Positions 36,511 through 46,975 of a DNA stretch of 64,000 nt are shown here, one piece after another; the first letter of the stretch is position 1, and each line of letters opens with the position of its first letter. The notes under the pieces are model-generated. The model was given only the letters and a program-made list of their open reading frames with translations. It was not told the origin of the DNA and did no database searches. The position numbers and the translations under genes were made by a program. This DNA comes from Dehalococcoidales bacterium (GTDB lineage: Bacteria > Chloroflexota > Dehalococcoidia > Dehalococcoidales > RBG-16-60-22): positions 1,157 through 65,156 of the forward strand of contig DAOULS010000111.1 in NCBI GenBank assembly GCA_034418415.1, in the 5' to 3' direction.

Positions 36511-39360
36511 GTGTACCGTATTGAGGTCGCGGTGAAGGAAGGTTTCGCCGACCCGCGCTCGGAGGGACTGCAGAAGGATATCCTGGATCTCGGCGTTAAA
36601 ACGGTCAAACGCGTTAAGGTCAGCAGCGTCTATTTACTCGACGGCAGGCTGGATGATAAAGAACTCCTGGCCGTCTGCCATGAGTTGCTAACCGACCCCA
36701 TTGTGGAAGAGTATTCTACCGGGGAAAAGCCCGCCCCGCCCGGTGCCCGGCTGGTCGAGGTAGCCTATAATCCCGGCGTTATGGACCCGGTGGAAGACAG
36801 CGTAAAGAAGGGCGTCCGCGACCTCGGTACAACGACGATTACCGCCGTCAGGACGGCTAAAAAATACCTCCTCTGGGGTGATGTCTCCGATGATACCCTT
36901 AAGTCCATCTGCGATAAGCTCCTCGTCAATAGCGTCGTCCAGCATATTGTTGCTCGTAAGGAGGCGGTAGCGCTGCCTTCGGCGTCCTATAAATTCGTTC
37001 TGGAGAAAGTAGACATCGCCGCTATGGACGATAATGCCCTGATGGAATTAAGCAAAGGTCGGTTCTGGCTGAATATTCATGAGATGCGCATTATCCAGAG
37101 TTACTTTAAAAAGCTGAACCGCCAACCCACCGATGTGGAACTGGAAACGCTGGCGCAGACGTGGTCGGAGCACTGCATCCACAAGACATTTAAAGCCAAA
37201 ATCACGCTCGGTAAAAAAGTCATCGATAACCTGATGAAAAGCACGGTGATGAAAGTGACGCAGGAGTTGAACAAGCCCTGGTGTCTTTCCGTGTTTAAAG
37301 ATAATGCTGGCGTCATTGACTTTGACGGGCGGTATGCAGTCTGTTTCAAGGTAGAGACGCACAACCACCCCTCGGCGGTGGAGCCTTACGGTGGCGCGGC
37401 GACGGGTATTGGAGGGGTAATCCGCGACCCCCTGGGCACGGGACTGGGTAGTTTTCCAATTATGAATACAGACGTTTTCTGTTTCGGGCCGCCGGACTAT
37501 CCTTACGATGAATTACCCAAAGGCGTGCTGCACCCGCGTCGTATTTTTAAAGGTGTACGGGCAGGCGTGGCCGACTACGGCAATCGTATGGGCATACCTA
37601 CCTCCAACGGCTCGATATTCTTCGATAAGCGCTATGTGGGCAACCCTTTGGTCTATTGCGGTACGGTGGGTATTATGCCTAAAAGCATGGGTCAGAAAGG
37701 CATGCAGCAGCCGGGTGATTTAGTCGTGGTGGTGGGGGGTAAAACGGGACGTGACGGCATCCACGGCGTGACCTTTGCTTCCGGCGACCTCGATAAGGAA
37801 TCAGAAACACTGTCCCAGAGTTCGGTGCAGATAGGCAACCCTATCGTGGAGAAGAAAGCTCTCGATGCTATTATCCAGGCGCGCGACCTTGGTTTGTACC
37901 GTCGCATTACCGACTGCGGGGGTGGAGGGCTTTCATCGGCGGTGGGCGAAATGGCCGAGGAGACGGGCGTCCGCGTCGACCTGGAAAAAGTGCCTTTGAA
38001 ATACGCTGGACTTTCCTATACCGAGATTTGGGTATCTGAATCGCAGGAGCGTATGCTGCTGGCCGTCCCGCCGCAGAATATCGACCGCCTGATGGCGATT
38101 TTCAATAATGAGGACGTGGAGGCTACCGTTATCGGCGAGTTTACGGATAATCGCCGTCTACAGCTTTACTATGAGGGCAACCTGGTCTGCGACCTCGATA
38201 TGGAGTTCCTGCATAAGGGACTGCCGCAGCTGGAACGCGAGGGCCTCTGGCAGCCGTCCCGTAATCCCGAGCCGGACTTCTCCCAGCCGCCCGACCTTAA
38301 AGAAGACTTAAAAATGATACTGGGCTCGTGGAACGTCTGCAGCAAGGAATGGGTCATCCGCCAGTACGACCATGAAGTGCAGGGCACCAGCGTTCTCAAG
38401 CCGTTAGTAGGAGTAAAAAACGACGGCCCCGGCGATGCTGCCATCATAAGACCGCTGGCGGACTCGAAGAAGGGTATTATCATCTCCAACGGCATCAATC
38501 CAAAGTACGGGGACATCGATACCTACTGGATGGCGGCCTCGGCTATCGACGAGGCGTTAAGGCAGATTGTCGCGGTCGGCGGCAGCCTGGACGAGGTAGC
38601 CCTGCTGGACAACTTCTGCTGGGGCAACCCGGAAAAACCCGACCGTCTGGGGGCTTTGGTCAGGGCGGCGCAGGCCTGCTACGATATCGCCATTGTTTAC
38701 GGCACGCCCTTTATCTCCGGCAAGGACAGCCTCTATAACGAGTATGAGACCGGCGAGGAGACCATTTGCATTCCACCGACGCTGCTCATCTCTGCCGTGG
38801 GCGTGATGGATGACATCGATAAAGCCATTACTATGGACTGCAAGCAGGCGGGCGACCTGATTTATATCGTGGGAACGACATATAACGAACTTGGCGGGTC
38901 GCATTATTACGCAATTCACGACTTTATCGGAAATAACGTGCCTAAGGTAAATCCGGAGAAGGGCAAAAAGCTGATGAATGCCCTGTCGGCGGCGGTGCAA
39001 AAAGGTCTTGTTAAGGCCTGCCACGACCTTAGCGAAGGGGGCATCGGGGTGACGGCGGCAGAAATGGCTTTTGCCGGCGGTCTGGGCATAGGTGTTGACC
39101 TTAATAACGTACCGCTTGGAGAAGCGATGGAACGTGACGACTATATCCTGTTTTCGGAGTCGAACAGCCGCTTTCTGGTGGAAGTAGCCCCCGGAGACAG
39201 GCAGTCATTTGAAAAAGCCATGGCCGGAACTGACTTTGCTCAAATAGGACGGGTAACCGAGGATAAAAAGCTGGTGATTAAGGGTAAAAATAACCAGGTG
39301 GTTCTTACTGTACCAATAGATGAATTAAAGGAAGCCTGGCAGAAGCCTTTAAGGTGGTAA
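36511..39360 (+). CDS. purL: FGAM synthase PurL with N-terminal PurS-like domains
   Basis: AQTWSEHCIHK, KVETHNHPS, DGIHG, DCGGGG, SESQERM, ISGKDS, HDLSEGG. Confidence 0.95.
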   Translation: MYRIEVAVKEGFADPRSEGLQKDILDLGVKTVKRVKVSSVYLLDGRLDDKELLAVCHELLTDPIVEEYSTGEKPAPPGARLVEVAYNPGVMDPVEDSVKKGVRDLGTTTITAVRTAKKYLLWGDVSDDTLKSICDKLLVNSVVQHIVARKEAVALPSASYKFVLEKVDIAAMDDNALMELSKGRFWLNIHEMRIIQSYFKKLNRQPTDVELETLAQTWSEHCIHKTFKAKITLGKKVIDNLMKSTVMKVTQELNKPWCLSVFKDNAGVIDFDGRYAVCFKVETHNHPSAVEPYGGAATGIGGVIRDPLGTGLGSFPIMNTDVFCFGPPDYPYDELPKGVLHPRRIFKGVRAGVADYGNRMGIPTSNGSIFFDKRYVGNPLVYCGTVGIMPKSMGQKGMQQPGDLVVVVGGKTGRDGIHGVTFASGDLDKESETLSQSSVQIGNPIVEKKALDAIIQARDLGLYRRITDCGGGGLSSAVGEMAEETGVRVDLEKVPLKYAGLSYTEIWVSESQERMLLAVPPQNIDRLMAIFNNEDVEATVIGEFTDNRRLQLYYEGNLVCDLDMEFLHKGLPQLEREGLWQPSRNPEPDFSQPPDLKEDLKMILGSWNVCSKEWVIRQYDHEVQGTSVLKPLVGVKNDGPGDAAIIRPLADSKKGIIISNGINPKYGDIDTYWMAASAIDEALRQIVAVGGSLDEVALLDNFCWGNPEKPDRLGALVRAAQACYDIAIVYGTPFISGKDSLYNEYETGEETICIPPTLLISAVGVMDDIDKAITMDCKQAGDLIYIVGTTYNELGGSHYYAIHDFIGNNVPKVNPEKGKKLMNALSAAVQKGLVKACHDLSEGGIGVTAAEMAFAGGLGIGVDLNNVPLGEAMERDDYILFSESNSRFLVEVAPGDRQSFEKAMAGTDFAQIGRVTEDKKLVIKGKNNQVVLTVPIDELKEAWQKPLRW

Positions 39361-39367
39361 GTTTGAG

Positions 39368-40138
39368 ATGTCTAAAGTAAAAGTCTTAATGCTGCGGGCG
39401 CCCGGCACCAACCGTGATGTCGATACGCAAATCGCCTTCGAGGCGGTCGGCGCGGAGGTGGCATCGGCGCTGGTGCCGGAGTTATTACGTAAAGAGAAGC
39501 GCCTGTCTGAATATCATATTTTAATGATTCCCGGGGGCTTTACCTACGGCGATGATATTTCTGCCGGCAGAATCATGGCTAACGAAATACGGTTGAGGCT
39601 GGGGGAGGATATTAAGAGGTTCGTGGGGGATGGGCGGCTTGTCATGGGCATCTGCAACGGTTTCCAAGTACTGGTGAAAACGGGTATCTTGCCGGGAATA
39701 GGGGGGCAGAGCGCCCAGCCGGTGACTCTGACCAATAACGATTCCGGCAAGTTCGAGTGCCGCTGGGTATATCTAAAGGCAAACGAGAAAAGTCCCTGTA
39801 TTTTTACTAAAGGTATAAAATGCATTTACGTCCCCATCGCCCACGGCGAGGGCAAGCTGGTGGCGGAGCCCGGTATGGCGGAAAAGCTGAATATAGCACT
39901 CCAGTATGTCGATGACAAGGGAAAAACGGGGGCGGGTTACCCTTATAATCCTAACGGCTCCGTGAATGATATCGCCGGCATCTGCGATGCTTCCGGTCGC
40001 ATCTTCGGGATGATGCCTCACCCGGAGGACTTTATACGCTGGACGCAGCACCCCCGCTGGACGAGAGAAAAACCGAGGGAAGACCTGCTGGGCCTGCAGA
40101 TATTTACCAATGCGGTAACGTGGTCGAAGGGAATTTAG
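39368..40138 (+). CDS. purQ: FGAM synthase glutaminase subunit
   Basis: PGTN, PGGFTYGD, GICNGFQ, AHGEG, YPYNPNGS, MMPHPE. Confidence 0.95.
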   Translation: MSKVKVLMLRAPGTNRDVDTQIAFEAVGAEVASALVPELLRKEKRLSEYHILMIPGGFTYGDDISAGRIMANEIRLRLGEDIKRFVGDGRLVMGICNGFQVLVKTGILPGIGGQSAQPVTLTNNDSGKFECRWVYLKANEKSPCIFTKGIKCIYVPIAHGEGKLVAEPGMAEKLNIALQYVDDKGKTGAGYPYNPNGSVNDIAGICDASGRIFGMMPHPEDFIRWTQHPRWTREKPREDLLGLQIFTNAVTWSKGI

Positions 40139-40172
40139 GATTAGAGGAATTAACTAATACAGGGAAATGGTT

Positions 40173-40433
40173 TTAGACTTCTATCCCCTGTTCTTTCAAG
40201 TAGTCGATGGCGTCTTGGATGGTGATTATCTTTTCCGCCGCTTCATCGGGTATTTCCAGCTTCTTCTCCGGCGTGCTGAAGGCTTCTTCAATCGACATTA
40301 TCAGTTCAACTAGGTCTAAAGAGTCGGCGCCCAAATCCTCAACAAAGCTGGCAGTGGGCACGACATCTTTCTCATCGACGCCGAGCTGCTCCACGACCAT
40401 AGCTTTAATTTTGTCATAAACCGAAGTTGCCAC
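40173..40433 (-). CDS. acpP: Acyl carrier protein
   Basis: [17 protein letters not shown]; likely GTG start at 40433 (track start 40499). Confidence 0.92.
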   Translation of the reverse strand: MATSVYDKIKAMVVEQLGVDEKDVVPTASFVEDLGADSLDLVELIMSIEEAFSTPEKKLEIPDEAAEKIITIQDAIDYLKEQGIEV

Positions 40434-40446
40434 GTTTTTCCCCCTT

Positions 40447-40869
40447 TTAACGAGTGTTCTGGCGGTCGGCAACTGCGCTGACCGACCCCAAGACCCCATT
40501 TATGAACTTGGCTGAACTGCCACCGCCGAATGCCTTGGCAAGTTCAACCGCTTCGTTTACAGCTACCTTAACCGGTACTTTATTATCAAATAAAATCTCA
40601 AATATTGCAAGTCTTAATATATTCCGGTCGATTATCGCCAGCTGTTCCACCGGATATGCCGGCGCGTATTTCTTGATGTTGCGGTCGATTTTCTTCATGT
40701 TCTTGATGGTGCCAGCGACTAAATCGCGAGTAAACTCGCTTATTTCTTCGGGGAGTCCGGCCTCGGTAAGTAGTCTTGCGATGGCAGTCTCTGGCGGACG
40801 GGCTACGGAATCGACCTCATACAGTGCCTGCAGGGCGAGTATCCTGGCTTTATGTCTTTTCCCTGTCAT
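40447..40869 (-). CDS. nusB: Transcription antitermination factor NusB
   Basis: [40 protein letters not shown]. Confidence 0.95.
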   Translation of the reverse strand: MTGKRHKARILALQALYEVDSVARPPETAIARLLTEAGLPEEISEFTRDLVAGTIKNMKKIDRNIKKYAPAYPVEQLAIIDRNILRLAIFEILFDNKVPVKVAVNEAVELAKAFGGGSSAKFINGVLGSVSAVADRQNTR

Positions 40870-40964
40870 TTGTTAATGTCCTGAATAGTAATTATAGCAT
40901 AACTGAAGGACGCCGATAAAAGGCAGAGAATCGACGGGGGAATGCAAGGGCAGATTTTTTATGT

Positions 40965-41057
40965 GGTATTCGTTTTATTCGTTTTTTGAAAATATTTTTT
41001 TGGTGTCTTAGCTTTGGACCGTAGCTGATTCGTTTTTATTCGTTTTGGATTTATGTT
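40965..41057 (+). repeat. Dispersed ~100-bp AT-rich repeat, copy B
   Basis: ggtattcgttttattcgtttt..ggtgtcttagctttggaccgtagctgattcgtttttattcgtttt, aligns with copies A and C. Confidence 0.85.
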
Positions 41058-41188
41058 AAATATTTCATGCCAGCACCGACGGTCCGGTGTCCCATGTCCA
41101 CAACAACTGTAATATAAAACCGGGTAATAAGCAACCAAAAATTGTCATCTGACGTGCTATAATAATGCAACAGCAACGGGGAGGGACA

Positions 41189-41536
41189 ATGAAAACGCTT
41201 TTCTGGTCGCGACTGGACGAATTGATTAAGTCGTCGCGGATAGTCATCGACAGGCCAAAGGGTACCCCGCATCCAAAGTATCCCGACCTTGTATTCCCGC
41301 TGGACTACGGTTACCTGGAAGGCACAACGGCTATGGATGGCGGGGGCATCGACCTGTGGATAGGCACGGCAAAGCACCGCGAGCTTACCGCGATAGCCTG
41401 CACGATAGATATCAAGAAAAAGGACGCGGAAATCAAGCTGCTTATAGGATGTACGGACGAAGACATAGAGACTATCAAAAAGTGTCATAACGACGAGTTC
41501 ATGTCCGGCATTATCGTGCGGCGGTCTGAAGATTAA
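41189..41536 (+). CDS. Short inorganic pyrophosphatase-like protein
   Basis: IVIDRPKG..HPKY...PLDYGYLEGT..DGGGID. Start after GGAGGG. Confidence 0.7.
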   Translation: MKTLFWSRLDELIKSSRIVIDRPKGTPHPKYPDLVFPLDYGYLEGTTAMDGGGIDLWIGTAKHRELTAIACTIDIKKKDAEIKLLIGCTDEDIETIKKCHNDEFMSGIIVRRSED

Positions 41537-41587
41537 GCGCCTTGAACCTTCACCCTCGAAACGTTAAAGTAATAGTAGGGGAACGTT

Positions 41588-42976
41588 GTGATTGACGCTA
41601 AAAAAATAGAAAAGCTGCGTAAAATTGTCGGCAAGGAGAACGTGCTGGACTCCGTCGAACAACTGACTGCCTATTCTTACGATGCCACGAATATATGGTC
41701 GCATTTGCCGGACGTGGTCGTTTTCCCGACGAATACGGAACAAATTTCGGAAATTCTAAAATTAGCCAACGAAAACGGCATCCCGGTAACGCCGCGTGGC
41801 GGTGGCACTAATGTCAGCGGCGGCTCAATACCTATCAAGGGCGGCATAATCCTCTGCACTACCAAGATGGGACGGATTATCGAGATAAGTAAAACCAACC
41901 TGAACGCTACGGTCGAGCCGGGCGTGGTTTTACAGGACTTTCAAAATGCTTTAGCGAAGGAAGGGCTGTTCTTCCCCCCCGACCCTCAGAGCTTCGCCGG
42001 CTGCACGATGGGCGGGGTCATCGCGGAAAATTCCGGCGGGCCTTCCTGCCTGAAATACGGCGTCGCCAAGCAATATGTCTTAGGTCTTGAGGTGGTCCTG
42101 GCTGACGGTCAAGTAATGAAGCTGGGCGGACTCACGCCGAAAAACCGCACCGGCTACGAGCTGATGATGCTGTTCACCGGCTCCGAGGGCACGCTGGGGG
42201 TTATCAGCAAAATAACCCTGCGCCTGCTGCCGGCGCCTAGGGCCAGCAAGACCATCGTGGCGGTTTTTAACGACGTGGCGGTGGCCGGGGAGACCGTGAC
42301 CGCTATCATCGCCAGCAGCGTCCTGCCTTCGAAAGTGGAGTTTGTGGACAACTGGACTTTCGAGAAGTTCCGCAGCCTCCTGCCCGGCCATATGCTCGAT
42401 GCTTCGCAGGTAATTCTCTTGATACAGGTGGACGGCCTACCGCAAACAGTGGAGGCTGAAACACAGCAGGTCGTGGATATCTGTAATCAGTGGGCGCGCC
42501 AGGTCAGGGTCGCCGCCGATGCGGTGGAAGCTGATAAATACTGGCAGGCGCGGCAGGCGCACTTCTCCGACATATCCAGTCGCGCCCATACCATCATTAA
42601 CGAGGACGTCTCCGTACCGCGTGATAAGATAGCCGACTTTATCCGATTAAGTCAGGAAAGCGCCAAACGCCACGACGTGCCGATCAGCTTCGCCGGACAC
42701 GTGGGGGATGGTAATTTCCACCCGGTCGTGCTTACGGACAGTCGGGAAAAAGAGCACTACCAGCGCGCTCTGAAATGCGTCGATGAAATTATCGAAATAG
42801 CTTTGAAGCTTGGCGGCGTACTCTCCGGCGAGCACGGCATCGGACTGGAAAAGCAGCGTTTCCTCAAGAAAGCCATGGACCCGCTGGCGATAGAAACGAT
42901 GAAGAAGATTAAAGATATCCTCGACCCCAACCACATTCTCAACCCCGGTAAAATCTGGGAAGAATCTAAAGAATGA
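41588..42976 (+). CDS. FAD-linked oxidase (GlcD / D-lactate dehydrogenase-like)
   Basis: PVTPRGGGT, FFPPDP, GSEGTLG, GHVGDGNFH, LSGEHGIG, ILNPGK. Confidence 0.9.
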   Translation: MIDAKKIEKLRKIVGKENVLDSVEQLTAYSYDATNIWSHLPDVVVFPTNTEQISEILKLANENGIPVTPRGGGTNVSGGSIPIKGGIILCTTKMGRIIEISKTNLNATVEPGVVLQDFQNALAKEGLFFPPDPQSFAGCTMGGVIAENSGGPSCLKYGVAKQYVLGLEVVLADGQVMKLGGLTPKNRTGYELMMLFTGSEGTLGVISKITLRLLPAPRASKTIVAVFNDVAVAGETVTAIIASSVLPSKVEFVDNWTFEKFRSLLPGHMLDASQVILLIQVDGLPQTVEAETQQVVDICNQWARQVRVAADAVEADKYWQARQAHFSDISSRAHTIINEDVSVPRDKIADFIRLSQESAKRHDVPISFAGHVGDGNFHPVVLTDSREKEHYQRALKCVDEIIEIALKLGGVLSGEHGIGLEKQRFLKKAMDPLAIETMKKIKDILDPNHILNPGKIWEESKE

Positions 42977-44256
42977 AAACCGCCCCGGTTTACGAGCAAA
43001 TAGAAAAATTCAAGTCCGACCTCGATACCTGCACCAAGTGCGGCTTCTGCATGTCCGCCTGCCCTGTGTACCAGGAAGAAAAGGTGGAGTCCTCGGTAGC
43101 GCGGGGCAAAATCATGCTTATCCGCTCATTGCTCTCCGGTGAGCTTGAGGTTACTGATGAAATGGCGGAGCAGCTTAACCGCTGTACCCTGTGCATGACC
43201 TGCGCGGAGAACTGCCCCGCCGGGACGCATGTGCCGTCGGTCATTACCGCCGCCCGGGCGGACAAGGTCAAGCGTAAAGGCGTGCCGTTCCCCTATAACC
43301 TGATATTCCGCTGGCTTTTACCGCGGCGCCGGCTCTTTGGCTGGGTGGTCAGGTTTGTCTCCTGGTTCCAGGGTGTTTTCATGCCCAAAACGGAGGGGAC
43401 TATCCGCCACCTTTCCTTTTTCCTGGCGGCGTTGGGAAAAGGCAGGCATATCCCGCAGATAGCCCCCAGGTTCCTGCGACAGTCTGTGCCGGAAGTAAAT
43501 AAGCCCCCCGCCGCCATCCCGGTCACGTGCACCGTCGGTTATTTCACCGGCTGTATGACCGACTTCGTTTTCCCCGAACTGGGCAAGAAGATTATCAAAT
43601 TCCTGAATGATAACGGCGTGGAGGTTATCGTGCCGCAGGGGCAGGGTTGCTGCGGGGCGCCGGTTTTCCTGGGCGCCGGCGACTTTGCCACCGGGCGTAA
43701 GATGGCCGACGCTAACGTTAAGGCTTTTCAAGACCTGGACTACGTTATTACCGACTGTGCCACCTGTGCCTCGGCGATGAAGGACTACGTTAAATTCCTG
43801 GCGGACAGCGAGGAGAGAAAGCAAAAATACACGGAATTTGCCGCTAAAATCAAGGATATCACCGAGTTCCTCGTGGACGTGCTCAAGCTGCCCCCCTCCG
43901 CCTATAAAGTTGCCCCGGAGTTCAAGGGCAAGACCGTCACCTTCCACGAGCCCTGCCACTTGGGACGCTACTTGGACGTAAAAGAGCAGCCCCGCCAGAT
44001 ATTGAAGTCCCTGAAAGATATAAAATATGTGGAATTGCCCGATGCCGACCGTTGCTGCGGCATGGCGGGAACTTTCAGCGTCAACTATTACGAATTATCG
44101 AAAAAAATCGCCGATAAAAAGGCCACTTCCATACGTACGACCGGCGCCGATATTGTCGTCACCGACTGTCCCGGCTGCCAGATACAGCTCATCGATACCG
44201 CCAAACGCCACGGCCTGCCCCAGCAGGTCCGGCACATCATGGAACTGTTTGAATAA
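42973..44256 (+). CDS. GlcF-like Fe-S subunit
   Basis: CTKCGFCMSACP, CTLCMTCAENCP, CCGAP, HEPCH, CCGMAG, DCPGC. Confidence 0.9.
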   Translation: MKTAPVYEQIEKFKSDLDTCTKCGFCMSACPVYQEEKVESSVARGKIMLIRSLLSGELEVTDEMAEQLNRCTLCMTCAENCPAGTHVPSVITAARADKVKRKGVPFPYNLIFRWLLPRRRLFGWVVRFVSWFQGVFMPKTEGTIRHLSFFLAALGKGRHIPQIAPRFLRQSVPEVNKPPAAIPVTCTVGYFTGCMTDFVFPELGKKIIKFLNDNGVEVIVPQGQGCCGAPVFLGAGDFATGRKMADANVKAFQDLDYVITDCATCASAMKDYVKFLADSEERKQKYTEFAAKIKDITEFLVDVLKLPPSAYKVAPEFKGKTVTFHEPCHLGRYLDVKEQPRQILKSLKDIKYVELPDADRCCGMAGTFSVNYYELSKKIADKKATSIRTTGADIVVTDCPGCQIQLIDTAKRHGLPQQVRHIMELFE

Positions 44257-44401
44257 TCATCCCATCACTTTTTGTGACTTTTCTCCTATCAATTTCTGCT
44301 GGGTTATTGCATCATTATTAAAGTAGTGGTTCAATATATATCAATAGTATTATTTATGGTAAAATTGTGACAATTGACCGCTACTGGCAAGAAGGAGGAA
44401 T

Positions 44402-45586
44402 ATGAAACCCAGAGAGATTAAGAAAGATATCTATTGTGTCGGCGCTGTGGATTGGGACAGGCGCTTATTCGATTCCCTCATCCCCCTCCCCGACGGTACC
44501 AGCTACAATGCTTACTTAATCAAGGGTAACCAGAAGACAGCCCTCATCGATACCGTCGACCCGCCTATGAAGGACGTATTGTTCAATAACCTCGACCAGC
44601 TTGGCATCAAGCGTATCGATTATGTTGTCTTTAACCACGCCGAGCCTGACCACTCCGGCAGCATCCGCGAGGTTCTGGAGAAGTACCCGGAGGCTAAAGC
44701 CGTCTGTACTCCCAAGTGCAAGGACATGCTCATCGACCGTTTTATGATAGCCCCGGAGAAATTCAAGACTGTTGAAGATAAAGCGACCATTTCGCTGGGC
44801 GACCGCACTCTGGAGTTTATTCATGCCCCCTGGGTGCACTGGCCGGAGACCATGCTGACCTACCTTCAGGAGGACAATATCCTCTTCCCCTGCGACTTCT
44901 TCGGGTCGCATCTCGCCACCTCGGATATGTATGTCCGTGATGCCGGGCAGGAATACGAAGCCGCCAAGAGATACTGGGCGGAAATCATGATGCCCTTCCG
45001 ACTTCAGATTCAAAAGAACTTGGAAAAAATCAAGGATTATAAAATAGATATTATCGCTCCCAGCCACGGCCCCATACACGATAAACCGCAGTTCATTATC
45101 AATGCCTATCGCATGTGGGCGTATGATGAGCCCGGTAATATCGTCGTCATCCCTTATGTTTCCATGCACGGCAGCACCCGTCGTATGGTCGCCTATCTCG
45201 TGGAAAATCTCACCCGCAAAGGTATTACCGTCAAGCAGTTTGACCTTGCTGTTTCCGATATCGGCAAGCTGGCGATAGCATTGGTGGATGCCGCCACGAT
45301 TGTCATCGGCACGCCCACCGTCCTCACCGGCCCTCATCCCAACGCCGCCTATGCTGCTTTTCTGGCTAACGCTATTAAGCCAAAGGCTAAATTCGCCTCT
45401 GTTATCGGTTCTTACGGTTGGGGTGGTAGAGCGGTGGAGCAAATCGCTGCCATGATTCCCAACCTTAAGGTGGAAATCCTTGCCCCGGTAATTATCAAAG
45501 GTTATCCTAAGGAAACTGATTTCCAGGCGCTGGATAAACTCGCTGATACTATCGTTGCCAAACATAAAGAAGCTGGTCTGGTATAA
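44402..45586 (+). CDS. fprA: Flavodiiron protein (FprA/A-type flavoprotein)
   Basis: GTSYNAYL, NHAEPDHSGS, HWPE, CDFFG, PSHG, YVSMHGST, GSYGWGG. Confidence 0.9.
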   Translation: MKPREIKKDIYCVGAVDWDRRLFDSLIPLPDGTSYNAYLIKGNQKTALIDTVDPPMKDVLFNNLDQLGIKRIDYVVFNHAEPDHSGSIREVLEKYPEAKAVCTPKCKDMLIDRFMIAPEKFKTVEDKATISLGDRTLEFIHAPWVHWPETMLTYLQEDNILFPCDFFGSHLATSDMYVRDAGQEYEAAKRYWAEIMMPFRLQIQKNLEKIKDYKIDIIAPSHGPIHDKPQFIINAYRMWAYDEPGNIVVIPYVSMHGSTRRMVAYLVENLTRKGITVKQFDLAVSDIGKLAIALVDAATIVIGTPTVLTGPHPNAAYAAFLANAIKPKAKFASVIGSYGWGGRAVEQIAAMIPNLKVEILAPVIIKGYPKETDFQALDKLADTIVAKHKEAGLV

Positions 45587-45610
45587 TATGTCTGTCTTGA
45601 AAGGAGCCGC

Positions 45611-45856
45611 GTGTTAAAAATATCCAGGGAAACTAAACTCAAACCGCAGGAAGTTGTTAAAAAAGCCGTGGCATTTTTCGGTCCCGGCGGCTATGGACTG
45701 CAACTCAAGGCGGAAGACGACTGTACGGCCTACTTCGAAGGTGGCGGCGGCAGCGTTAGAGTACTCGCTGTGGCCGGTAAGAAAGGCAGCACGGTAGATA
45801 TAGAATCGGTAGAATGGGACTACCAGGCAAAGCAATTCTTAGATAAATTAAAGTAA
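45611..45856 (+). CDS. Small hypothetical protein
   Basis: 81 aa with RBS GGAG, in the fprA-sod operon. Confidence 0.6.
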   Translation: MLKISRETKLKPQEVVKKAVAFFGPGGYGLQLKAEDDCTAYFEGGGGSVRVLAVAGKKGSTVDIESVEWDYQAKQFLDKLK

Positions 45857-45886
45857 TTTATTAGTCATAATTTCAGGAGGAACAAA

Positions 45887-46465
45887 ATGGCATATACGGC
45901 TAAGGACTACACTAAATTAATCGGTATGGAGGGTTTCAGCCAGACACTTTTAAACAATCACTTCACGCTTTATCAGGGCTATGTGACCAATACCAATAAA
46001 CTCTCCGATATTCTGGCGGCGATGCTGAAAGAAGGCAAGACCGCCACACCGGAATACGCCGAGCTCAAACGGCGCTTCGGATTCGAGTTTAACGGCATGC
46101 GTCTCCACGAGTACTACTTCGGTAATCTCGGCGGCAAGACAGCCCTTGATAAATCAGGCGTCCTGGCTAAAAAACTTGCCGCGGCTTTCGGCAGCTATGA
46201 TGCCTGGGAGCAGGACTTTAAAGCCACCGGTGCCATGCGCGGCATCGGCTGGGTGGTACTTTACCAGGATGATGTCACTGGCACTCTGTTTAACCAGTGG
46301 ATTAACGAGCATGAGGTAGGACATCCTGCAGGCTGCAGGCCGATACTGGTCATGGATGTCTTCGAGCATGCTTTCATGATTGATTACGGTCTTAAGCGTG
46401 CCGACTACATAGCGGCGTTCTTTAAAAACATCGACTGGAAAGCGGTGGAAAACCGCATAAAATAA
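45887..46465 (+). CDS. Fe/Mn superoxide dismutase
   Basis: NHFTLYQGYV, LHEYYF, GIGWVVL, DVFEHAF; metal ligands H, H, D, H are present. Confidence 0.9.
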   Translation: MAYTAKDYTKLIGMEGFSQTLLNNHFTLYQGYVTNTNKLSDILAAMLKEGKTATPEYAELKRRFGFEFNGMRLHEYYFGNLGGKTALDKSGVLAKKLAAAFGSYDAWEQDFKATGAMRGIGWVVLYQDDVTGTLFNQWINEHEVGHPAGCRPILVMDVFEHAFMIDYGLKRADYIAAFFKNIDWKAVENRIK

Positions 46466-46487
46466 GCTACTCGTATTTTCAGGAGGC

Positions 46488-46964
46488 GTGGTGATGGCTG
46501 AAAAAATGACTCTGAAGTCTGTCCTGGACATAGCCATTAAGAAGGAAATCGAGGCGCAGGAGCTGTATCTCGACCTTAGTAAGAGGGTTGTTGAACAGTC
46601 CGCGATAAATATGTTTCTGGAGCTCTCTAAAGTAGAGAAGAAACATGAGAACATGTTACGCGACTATGCGAGTGGGAAGCTGCGGAAGGGAGCGCTGAAG
46701 GGCGACCAAGTCATCGACTATAAAATTGCTGAAAAGCTTGAGCAGCCGCCGATTGAGCCTGATATGAGTCTGGCTGATGTACTCCTCCTGGCGGCTAACC
46801 GCGAGAAAGCCTCCAATGAATTCTATATCGGCCTTGCCGCTTTACACCCGCCCGGTGAAATAAAAGAACTCTTGGAAGAACTTGCCTCTCAGGAGCTGGA
46901 ACACAAACACCGTGTCGAGGACCTTTATACACAGGTTGCTTTTCCCCAGACATCCGGTGGATAG
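46488..46964 (+). CDS. Ferritin-like/rubrerythrin-family diiron protein
   Basis: AIKKEIEAQELY..E.KH and REKASNEFY..ELEH (paired E..ExxH motifs). Confidence 0.85.
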   Translation: MVMAEKMTLKSVLDIAIKKEIEAQELYLDLSKRVVEQSAINMFLELSKVEKKHENMLRDYASGKLRKGALKGDQVIDYKIAEKLEQPPIEPDMSLADVLLLAANREKASNEFYIGLAALHPPGEIKELLEELASQELEHKHRVEDLYTQVAFPQTSGG

Positions 46965-46975
46965 CCGGTGAAGCG

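Noticed and set aside
36511-39360. PurS-PurL fusion as a novelty
   Set aside because: This 'medium' PurL architecture is already known in several anaerobic lineages.
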